This document shows, piece by piece, positions 1 through 12,100 of a stretch of DNA of 64,000 nucleotides (positions are counted from its first letter, which is position 1; the number at the start of each line of letters is the position of its first letter). Origin of the DNA: Bugula neritina. Its lineage: Eukaryota > Animalia > Bryozoa. The DNA lies in NCBI GenBank assembly GCA_964035545.1, contig OZ037765.1:33727504-33791503 (forward strand), written 5' to 3'. The translations under genes were made by a program, and so were the position numbers. The notes under the pieces were generated by a model that was given only the letters and a program-made list of their open reading frames with translations, was not told where the DNA came from and did no database searches.

Positions 1-104
1 TGTTTTCAAATATTTTTGCCACTGATTTGCCATCACAGAGTTTCCAATAAAAATAAGGAAACTGTTCAGTCTGTCGTTGTAGACTGTGGACTCTTCTTTT
101 GCAG

Positions 105-3100
105 CGGGAACGTCTGCGGGCTATGTGGAGGTGCCCCAGGATGCTCAGTCTGTGGGCAGTGAAGAGTCTAAAGCTAAGTCTAAAAAGAAGGAGCCCCCCA
201 TGGTCAGTCTGGGACAAGTGGTAAGATCTCGCTCTATTCTATGATTTTATCACCCATTAGCCTGAGGCCTCAAGTCCTGACAGTCTGCAGGAAGGCAAAG
301 CCCCTCAATTAGCAGAAGAGTCATAGAAGATTGGCAGCTTCAAATGTTTGATACTCCGTCTTTATGGGCTGTAAATATTTAGTTTTGTGTTTCCCAACCG
401 ATCTACTAGCTGTGGGCTGTCTGGGCAGAGTTGGCTGTGGGCTGTCTGGGACAGAGTTGGCTGTGGCCAACAAATACAACTTCAAATCTCTGTATGGGAT
501 CTATTCTGCTGGTGGTGGTGACTCATGTGCTAATTGCTGCCGGTTTGTTTTAGCTTCGATACGCTGACAGTATGGACAAGCTGTTTATGTTCATCGGTTC
601 CGTGGCCGCTGTGGTGCACGGCTGTGGCTTCCCCATCATGATGCTCGTGTTTGGCAGAATGCTTGACCAGTTCCTCGACACAGGGCAGCTCTGTGACATC
701 TGTGCCAATCTCACTGACGTCATCGCTGACTTTAACAGTCAGCAGAATGACAGCGACTTTACTTGTGACACTTTCCTCAGCTCCAGTCCTGAAGATCTGG
801 CGATTACTAAGTGAGTGACACCTACTGACTCAATACAGTACGTAGTCTGACACCTACTGACTCAATACAGTACATAGTCTGACACCTACTGTCAGTAATA
901 TCACTTCACATTGCAGTCACGGTGGTGGTGAAATGATGGCATTTTGGAACAAATTCTGAATTCTGTTTACTCATAAGAATTGAGAAATAGAGTGCTATTT
1001 TTTGTCATTATAAAGTTGTAAAATATTAAAATGCTTCAAAGAGTTTGTCAACTGATGGCCTGATAGAAGCGCAATTGTATGTCATGAGACAGATGACTAC
1101 AATATTCTTCAACTCTTTACTATTGCATTTTTACAGGAATTTCTTCACTTACCAAAATCAAGTCCTTGGTGCCAATGACACTGGCTTACCACAGACCTTT
1201 GAGCAAGATGAACTTTTGGCCAACATGGTGCAATTCTCTATCTATTATATAGGTCAGTATTATGACATCACTCTGTGTATATATCTTATATAGGTCAGTA
1301 TTATGACATCACTCTGTGTATATATCTTATATAAGTCAGTATTATGACATCACTCTGCGTATATATCTTATATAGGTCAGTATTATGACATCACTCTGTG
1401 TATATATCTTATATAGGTCAGTATTATGACATCACTCTGCGTATATATCTTATATAGGTCAGTATTATGACATCACTCTGTATATATATCTTATATAGGT
1501 CAGTATTATGACATCACTCTGTATATATATCTTATATAGGTCAATAACAAGAGCTCTCATTATGTTTTGTTTTAGCTATTGGAGCCGGAGTGTTTTTGTG
1601 CTCGTACCTGCAGATGACTTTCTGGTGTCTTGCGGCCAAGAGACAGGCCCGGAGAATTCGTCTCATGTTTTATAAAGCAACTCTGAGACAGAATATCGGT
1701 TGGTTTGACGTGAATCCATCAGGAGAGCTGAGCACTAGACTTGCAGAGTGAGTGAGACCACAGTACTTCTAGTAGTACTAGTACTTCTAGTACTAGTACT
1801 ACTAGTACTACTACTAGTACTACTACTACTACTACTACTAGTACTAGAAGTACTTCTAGTACTACTAATACTACTACTACTAGTACTTCTACTACTACTA
1901 GTACTACTACTACTAGTACTTCTACTGCTACTACTACTAGTACTACTACTAGTACTACGACAACTACTACTACTACTACTAGTACTACTACTAGTACTAC
2001 GACAACTACTACTACTACTACTACTACTAGTACTACCCCTAGCTCTGTTGTAGTGACATAGACAAGATTGAGAATGGAATTGGAGACAAGTTTGCTGTCG
2101 TCATACAGCTCATTGCTCAAGCTATCTGCTGCCTCGCTGTCGGCTTTGTGAATGGCTGGCTGCTGACTCTAGTCATACTGGCCACTACCCCCCTCATCGT
2201 TATAATGGCTGCCATCTCTGACTACGTACGTATTCCTACTCCCTACGTATTCCTACTCACTACGTATTCCTACTCACTACGTATTCCTACTCACTGCGTA
2301 TTCATACTCACTGCGTATTCATACTCACTACAACAAACTAGATTACTTGGTTTACTCCTCTCCTATTGGCTGATGAGAGTAATTTCCTGTCCACATACTT
2401 CATATCCTCATTGACTACAAATTCCTAGTCACTATACAACAGCTGGTGTCGATGTTTACTCTGTGGGCTTCCTATCTGGTTTGAGTAGGGCCTGGCTGTG
2501 TTCTATTCAACCAACCTGCTGACATTCACTCTTTTCCTGACATTTATATGAAAACAGAGGAAATAACACTGCCTTAGGTTAACACATACTGGCAGGTATT
2601 TGCATTTGAAACACAGAGGAACTGTAATGGAGTCTAAAATATGCAGTAGAAGTAGTTGAAAACCTTGTCAATTACCTGTACTGTAAGAGGTAGTGAGGTG
2701 TGTTGCATCTACAGAGTTGACTATCCCATTACTACTTTCTGCTTCACTCTGAATCCAGTGAAAACAACTACCTTGGCTGTGGTCCAAGTTGATGTGAAAA
2801 TATTTAGAGTTACTTTCATGTTGATGCATTGATTGGCACTACATTGACATTTAGTTTAGCTCTGCTCTGGTAACCTGCAATAGTGCAGACGTCTTCAGTT
2901 GGCCAATCAGCTGCCTGCAAATACCTTGTCAACTCATTTACGACAATTTTATGAGAAGTCTATTGATTCTGAATATAATTATACACTACTTAGCCACTGT
3001 TGAATGTGCAGCCTCATCGCGCTGTAGGTATACCCCTCTTCTGTGGAGTTGAGTAGTGAGTACCTGGTGTGAGTAGTGAGTGAGTAAATAAGTGAGTTAG

Positions 3101-6100
3101 TTAATCAGTAGTTGAGTGAGTACGGAGTAGTGAGTGAATCAGTAGTGAATAAGTGAGTGAGTGAGTGAGTGACTGAGTAAGTGAAAAAATGCTACAGACT
3201 ACTAGGAGTTAAGAATCTTTACTTGCCCCTATAGAGTTAATTATGTGTAATTTTGACAGTTTAAAAATATCTCACTTTGACACCCATCTGCTGTGTTTAA
3301 AGCCACGGATTTAAATGTAGCATCTACAGTAGGGGGGGTGTGGTAATCTTTGTCTTCAAGTCCACATCGAAAGCTATGGATATGAAGCCAGTTTATCAGC
3401 ACACTGTGACACTGTTTGTTTATCTTAATATTGGTTGTTTATCTTGTTCTTTTCATTTGTTATCTTGTCACAACAACATTATACATATTTCCTCTCCACC
3501 AGATAAGAACTGGTCTACCAATTCCTTCCCCTATTACAGCACATTTGTGTCATTTCCCTCTCCTGTTAGTAGGGAGTAACAATCATGTGTGGGAATAGCC
3601 TTAATTCATTATGAACTCCGCGTTGGTTTCTCCCATGTGTCCATCCACCATGTAGTCTCAACTCTTCCTGTATTGACAGGCTACAAAAACGGCGGCTGTG
3701 AAAGAACGAAAGGCATATGCAGAAGCGGGCGGAGTGGCAGAGGAAGTGTTATCTGCAATCAGAACTGTCATTGCATTCGGTGGACAGAATAAAGAGTGTG
3801 AGAGGTGTGTGAGATTTAATTGTTATACTGATTATAGACTGAGATTGTAACATGGCGGTATATAGACTGAGATTGTAACATGACATAAACTATGAAATAG
3901 AGTTGCTACTGCCATGTCACGGCTCACATTTCACATCTAGTTAGTAGTTACTGGCACACACCACTTTAGATGTGATGTTCCCTCGGTGTAAGAATGCTAA
4001 GTATACACTGAGGCATGACTTCTGCTTCCAGTTGTTTATTCCCATCTGCAGCCGAGCTTTCTAACTGCAGGCATGAATGGCGTGCTGCGTGACGTCACTA
4101 ATACATGCACCGTCATCATTACTGCGCACTAATTGAGGTCATTCAGCCGTAACAATCAGCTTCAAAGTATTCAATGTTTTTTGCAACAATTCATTAGGTT
4201 ATGCTTGAGCAAACCCTGTAGAGTTACCATAGCTGTTATCACAGTATGCTGGTACATTACAATGTACCTACAGAGATAGTAACTGGTAGATGGCCTTTCA
4301 CCTGTGTACCATCTGAGAGTCCACAGTGAGTGAATGCAGCTGCTACATGTCAAAGACACTTCCTAGTCCCCTGTGTACTCTCTCTATAGTCTGTATTGTC
4401 TGGTGTTAGCATGTAGTCTGATAACTGTCTCCTGCAGGTATAACCTCACCCTGCGCAGGGCTAAGGAAGTCAGCATAAAGAAAGGAGCCGTTGCTGGACT
4501 CGCTATGGGAGTCATCATGCTCGTAGTCTTCTCTGCCTACGCTCTCGGCTTCTGGTTTGGGACGGGAGTGGTTCTTGGGGAGTACCTGCCGCATTTACAC
4601 GCCAACTTCACTATTGGAAACATGCTGATTGTGAGTATTACAGGTCTTGTACAGTAGGCTAGATAGTAGATGGTAAAACTGGTGACAATGTGAACGCAAG
4701 CAGCTCTACCCTGTAACTCTGACATCCTTGTAGCCTTAGTGCAAAGCAAGACGATCTTTGACTGTCAATCCTAAGGCTATATTCCATGTTTTCAGTGTTC
4801 CGTTGGGAAAAGGTTTCGTATAATTGAGTTGGAAGCTGTTGGCCCCAGGGACTGTCCTGTGAATAGATTACTGAATCAGATAATTAGCTGTCTTCTCTCC
4901 TCTAGTAACAGACCAGTGTGTCTCGTAGAGGCTTCTCTAGAGTTATCTCTCTTGTATGTGGAGTGGTAGTATAACCGGCAGCACTGAGTGTCAGCTTCTT
5001 CTGCTGCTTCTTGCAGGTGTTTTTCTCCATTCTCATCGCCTCCCTCTCACTGGGACAGGGTGGGCCGGCCATGGCTGACTTAGCGACAGCGAGAGGAGCA
5101 GCGTATTTCATCTTCAACCTCATAGAGAGGGTGAGTTTAACTGTCTACTATATTACTATGTTACTATATTACTATATTACTATATTACTATGTTACTATA
5201 TTACTATGTTACTATATTACTATGTTACTATATTACTATGTTACTATATTACTATGTTACTATATTACTATGTTACTATATTACTATGTTACTATGTTAC
5301 TATATTACTATGTTACTATATTACTATGTTACTATATTACTATGTTACTATATTACTATGTTACTATATTACTATGTTACTATATTACTATGTTACTATA
5401 TTACTATGGTACTATATTACTATGTTACTATATTACTATATTACTATGTTACTATATTACTATGTTACTATATTACTATGTTACTATATTACTATGTTAC
5501 TATATTACTATGTTACTATATTACTATGTTACTATATTACTATGTTACTATGTTACTATATTACTATGTTACTATATTACTATGTTACTATGTTACTATA
5601 TTACTATGTTACTATATTACTATGTTACTATATTACTATGTTACTATATTACTATGGTACTATATTACTATGTTACTATATTACTATGTTACTATATTAC
5701 TATGTTACTATATTACTATATTACTATGTTACTATATTACTATGTTACTGTATTACTATGTTACTATATTACTATGTTACTATATTACTATATTACTATG
5801 TTACTATGTTACTATATTACTATGTTACTATATTAATATATTACTATATTACTATGTTACTATATTACTATGTTACTATATTACTATGGTACTATATTAC
5901 TATGTTACTATATTACTATGTTACTATATTACTATGTTACTATATTACTATATTACTATGTTACTATATTACTATGTTACTATGTTACTATATTACTATG
6001 TTACTATATTACTATGTTACTATATTACTATGGTACTATATTACTATGTTACTATATTACTATGTTACTATATTACTATGTTACTATATTACTATATTAC

Positions 6101-9100
6101 TATGTTACTATATTACTATGTTACTATGTTACTATATTAATATATTACTATATTACTATATTACTATATTACTATGTTACTATATTACTATGTTACTATG
6201 TTACTATATTAATATATTACTATATTACTATGTTACTATGTTACTATGTTACTATATTACTATGTTACTATATTACTATGGTACTATATTACTATGTTAC
6301 TATATTACTATGTTACTATATTACTATGTTACTATATTACTATATTACTATGTTACTATATTACTATGTTACTATGTTACTATATTAATATATTACTATA
6401 TTACTATGTTACTATATTACTATGTTACTATATTACTATGGTACTATATTACTATGTTACTATGTTACTATATTACTATATTACTATATTACTATGTTAC
6501 TATATTACTATGTTACTATATTACTATGTTACTATATTACTATGTTACTATATTACTATGTTACTATATTACTATGTTACTATATTACTATGTTACTATA
6601 TTACTATGTTACTATGTTACTATATTACTATGTTACTATGTTACTATGTTACTGTATTACTATGTTACTATGTTACTATATTACTGTATTACTATGTTAC
6701 TATGTTACTATGTTACTATATTACTATGTTACTATATTACTATATCACTATGTTACTATGTTACTATGTTACTATATTACTATCTTACTGTATTACTATG
6801 TTACTATATTACTGTATTACTATGTTACTATATTACTATATTAATATATTACTATGTTACTATATTACTATATTATTCTACTTCTCTTATAGCAGAGTTT
6901 CTGTAAATCAATATTTATGAATTATTTTCACTGTACAGTAAAATATGCCCCAGTTTAACTCTATACTCGATGTCTTACAGGTCCCTGAAATTGATATTGA
7001 GTCACCAGAAGGAGATAAACCTGAAGACATCACGGGACAAGTAGAGTTTAAAAATGTTCACTTCCAGTACCCCTCCCGACCTGATGTCAAGGTGAACCGA
7101 GTGTTTCCTTAGCCCTAGTTCTGTGTGAGATAGAGTGAGAGTGTGGAGTAGACTGAGTGACTACTATGTGAGGTGAATAATTGTGTCTGTTTGAAGGTGC
7201 TGCAAGGACTGAATCTGGAGGTAGAAGTTGGTAAAACTGTGGCTCTGGTTGGTAGTAGTGGATGTGGTAAGAGTACAACAGTTCAACTGATACAGAGGTT
7301 TTATGATGCAGCGGAAGGAGAGGTGAGTGGGTCAAGGTTATTCAGTTTAAATTATTTATTTTAATAGTAAATGGTATCTATTTCAAATATATAATATAAT
7401 ATTTTACAGGTTCTAATTAACGGACACAACGTAAAGGATTTAAATGTACGTTTTCTAAGAAATCAAGTTGGTATAGTGAGTCAGGAACCAGTTCTGTTTG
7501 CTACGACTATTGCTGAGAACATCAGATACGGTAGAGATGACGTTACGTATGACGAGATTATTAAAGCTGCAAAGGAGGCCAACGCACATTCTTTTATAGA
7601 TACTTTGCCAGACGTGAGTCTGTCAGCTTTTATATGTTGTGTGATATACATAATATAGTGTGTTATTGTAATATTATATTGTATTGTAATAATAAAATAT
7701 TGATATGTTATGCTGTGTTACTCTGAATTCTTCTAGAAATATGAAACTCTGGTTGGTCAGAGAGGAGCTCAGCTTAGCGGAGGTCAAAAACAGAGAATAG
7801 CCATTGCGAGGGCGTTGGTGAACTCCCCTAAAGTACTTCTACTTGACGAGGCTACGTCTGCTCTTGATGCCGAGAGTGAGCAAACTGTACAGGAAGCTCT
7901 GGAAAAGGTGTGTCTACGTCGTTGCATTCTTGATGAAACTCTCAATTTTCTGCACTCCTGTCGAAAACCAGTGATATGCAGGAATTTCCCGCCATTATAA
8001 ACAGGAAGTGATGTAACCTTGTTCATTCCAGAATGTTCTCTTGTGTATCCTAGAGTATAGCACATCACTGTGTATTAAATATTCATCTTGTCATTTACTA
8101 TTGTGGCCATAATACTCCTGTTGTTGCCACGCCACACTGCTATGCAAATGTAACACTCTTAGTATTACTACTGCTCACAACGAGTATTTCACTATAAACT
8201 GTATGATTTCAGGCGAGTCATGGTAGAACTACTATTGTCATTGCACACAGACTAACAACAATACAGAATGCAGACGTCATCGTAGCACTGAAAGAAGGCG
8301 TGGCTGTGGAGAAGGGAACTCACGGAGAGCTGATGGCACTGGACGGAGTTTACGCAGGTCTGGTGAAGAAACAGGCTAAGAAAGAGGCCAAACACGCAGA
8401 AGACACTCAGATCTCTGACAGCGAAGGTAGGTGGTTGCGGGCGTCACGTGTTACCACCCCCACCGTGTGTAATTCTGGCCTGCTCACTGTGCACAGAGCT
8501 GCCTGAAAGTTTGATAGTTTTTGGATTGATTTCACTGTTATTGAACTTCAACGTTCAACCATTTGCCTCTCTTCTGTTTGTATATTCAAGATCTACAAGG
8601 TATGTGACTGGTTATTCTATGTTGTTCCGTTCCGCCTTGTTGCACTGTTATTTAATAAATAATATTAGTGTGAACCTCTCCCTCGTGTCAATTACTTGTC
8701 AATTACTTGTCACATGGTGTTTCCTCTCTCTAATAACACATTGGTTGGTAGGGCTGCGTCACTCCCTACTCTCTCACTAGAATTTAGATGATGTAGTTAC
8801 TGGCTGATTGCACGCTCTAACCACGTAGCAACACAAACCAGCTGCACCCTATTAGTTGGTTATATCATATGGGTATTTATAAAGTTGCTGGTATGACATC
8901 AGCCAACAATTTTTGCCCCATCATTGCTTGAAAAATGCAAAAACCCCTGAATTTGATGTTGTAATAAAGTATTAGTTAAAGCGTTAAACTGTTGTGTTGT
9001 CATGACTTGTGTGTTTAGCTATTGACTTGTTCAGTCATAATACTTCTTTCTATTCCTTCTCTGTTCTCACTCTCTTGGGTGGACATCAGTGAGAAGTTTC

Positions 9101-12100
9101 AAGAAGTTATTAGATGATATGAATTTTGAGATGAAGTTTAAATTAGCATTTTGCACCGCCATGTGTAGTTTGAATAATAGTATGATTCACTACTACAGAG
9201 TACAGACGAGTTAATAGTCTGGTCTAAGCTCATGGGCAACTACCTTCTAACATTTACTACTACAGATTACTTGATATATGTCTGTTTTTGGGCTAATGCT
9301 TTCTAAAAGTTTCTGCAGAATACCTCTTACTTTCGATTAAATGGAATTAAGTCTTTCAAAATGTTGTACTTTTATGATCATCTTTCGTATTAACAAATGG
9401 AACAGGTATTAATTTCTATGTATTAATTTCTACGTATTACTTTCTATGTATAAGTTTTAACGTATAAGTTTTCACGTATTAGTGTCTACGTATTAGTGTC
9501 TACGTATCAGTGTCTACGTATCAGTGTCTACGTATTAGTGTCTACGTATCAGTGTCTACGTATCAGTGTCTACGTATCAGTGTCTACGTATCAGTCGACT
9601 GTAATGGTAAACTTTAGATGAGGAGGAAGAATTGGAGAAAGAGAAGCAGCTGCAGAGGGCGCTGTCAGTCGGCAAGCAGAGACCAGAGAGAGCCCTGTCC
9701 ACCTCCCTGTCACTCACATCTGCACCTGAAGAAATCGGAGTTGTGTCGCCCACAGAAGCAGACGTCAAAGTGAGTTGGCGGCTGTTCATTTCCTTTGATG
9801 ACTTTAAATTCGGTATTCAAGTTGATAAGCAGAGTGATGGTTGGTTGTAAGAGAACGAATATTGTCTAGAACGGTGGCTCTCGTTTTCAAACAGATTTCT
9901 GTAGAATAGCTGAGTTTGGGTCAAGGATTGTGTCGTATGCATACAGTTGTGGTGTTATTTACATTCTACAGGATGACGCCCCTCCCCCTCTCACCTTCTT
10001 TCAGCTCATGGGTTGGAACTCGTCCGAGTGGTACCTTATATGCATCGGCTGTCTTGGCTGTCTCATCGAGGGAGGTGGACAGCCGGCTTTCGCTGTCGTC
10101 TTTACCAAAATCATCTCTGTGAGTTCTCACTCGCTGACTCTTGAATCAGCTTCACATTCTTAGACTAGGGTTGCTGTAGTTATACTGTGTCCATTATGGC
10201 TGCTGTTTCCAGGCTTTCCTGTCATGTGATTCGGCAGTTGTGAGGGCTCGGGCTAACTTCTACTCGCTCATGTTTGTCGTCATCGCCTTCGTCATGTTCT
10301 TCGCCGTCAGCGTCGACCGACTCATGTTTGCCATCGCCGGGGAGCGGCTCACGGAGAGACTCAGAAAGAAGGCGTTCAGAGCTTATCTTAGACAGGATGT
10401 TCACTATTTTGATGACCCAAAGAACAACACCGGAGCACTAACCACTCGACTGGCCACAGAGGCAGCAGCTGTGCAAGGGGTCAGTAGTCACCATGACTCG
10501 TAGGCTGATGAGTCATTGTACTAAAATGATTGTTTCTTGTCTCACCGGTCTCTGCAGGCTGGAATAGAATGTCTGACGATATATGGTAGTTGTGTTCACA
10601 TGCTTCTACTTGTTGCAGTCTACAGGGCCTGCCCTAGGAGCAGTGCTGAATGCCATCGCCAACATGGGGGTGGGCATTGGCATCGCTTTTTACTTCAGCT
10701 GGATCCTCACCCTTGCTATCCTCGGGTTCGCTCCTTTCATCGGGTTGTCCGGCTTCATACAGACGAAGCTGTCTGCCAGGGGCACCACCAAGAAGAAGAT
10801 GCTATTTGAGGCTTCTGGGAAGGTATGTGCTGTGTGACCTGTCACATATTACTCTCTGTCACCTGTTACTCTCTGTCACGTGTTACTCTCTGTCACGTGT
10901 AACCCTCTGTCACGTGTTACTCTCTGTCACGTGTTACTCTCTATCACGTGTTACTCTCTGTCACGTGTTACTCTCTGTCACGGGTTACTCTCTGTCACGT
11001 GACAGCTCACATCTGCAGTGCTGATATGTTGCAGATTGCGTCTGAGTCAATATCCAGCATCAGGACGGTGCAGAGTCTGGGGAAAGAGCAGCTCTTCTAT
11101 GAGAAGTATGAAGCACTCTCGGAAGAGCCATACAAGTAGGTAGCTGTAGTGTTACTTTACAACTGTTACTTGTTAACTGTTATTCTATTGGAAAGTTTCC
11201 AAATGAAAGGCATTTCCTGTACAATGTAAAGCTCATTAAAGTCTACGTAAGGATTCCTTCACATGCATGGTAGTATTAGTACTGTCAGTGTACATGGTAG
11301 TATTAGTACTGTCAGTGTACATGGTAGTATTAGCACTGTCAGTGTACATGGTAGTATTAGCACTGTCAGTGTACATGGTAGTATTAGCACTGTCAGTGTA
11401 CATGGTAGGGTTAGCACTGTCAGTGTACACTACTGGTATATCGATTTGCAGAAAGGAGCTGAAGTTCACTTATATCGTTGGCGCGACCTTCTCCTTCTCC
11501 AAGGGTATCATCTTCATAGCTTATGCAGTTCTCTTCTATCTCGGAGCGTGGCTCATCACAACTAAAACTCCGAACAATCCCCAGCCAATCACCTTTGAGG
11601 ACATGATGATGTATGTAGTGCTTCACTCTCTCTCTCTTTCTCTGCCAAGCTATGCTTTAGAATGTGCAGGTATACTGTTTGTCCTTTGAATTCATCTGGT
11701 TGAGTCCTCTTTCCAGAACGTTCTCCGCGGTGGTGTTTGGCGCCATGTCTCTCGCTCAGATAACCAACTACTCTCCCAACTACAAGAAAGGAGTCATTGC
11801 AGCCGGCTATATCAAGAAACTTCTGGACAGTCAGCCGGAGATTGACGCCTACTCAGAGGAAGGAGAGAAGCTCGTGAGTCTGTCTGTCTGTCTGTGTGTC
11901 TGCCTGTTTACTCCCAGCTCACTATATTTAGTAACAAATAGAAAGTAATTAGCAACCATTTAGTGAGGAGCTGCAGACGTAGTGATGATGTTACAGGAGA
12001 ACTATAATGCCAGCATTGAGTTCAAGGACGCCGTGTTTCACTATCCTACAAGACCAACAGTTAAAGTGTTGAAACAACTCTGTGTTAGTGTTGAACCTGG

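Noticed and set aside
5011-6920. 631-aa and overlapping Y/L/I/T/C-rich ORFs
   Set aside because: Read-through of an 8-bp intronic satellite lacking stops; only 5017-5130 is a real exon.
7737-7907. Degenerate (asymmetric) ATPase site as in ABCB11 or ABCC
   Set aside because: Both NBDs in all three genes keep LSGGQ, the catalytic Glu (LDEAT) and the H-loop His.
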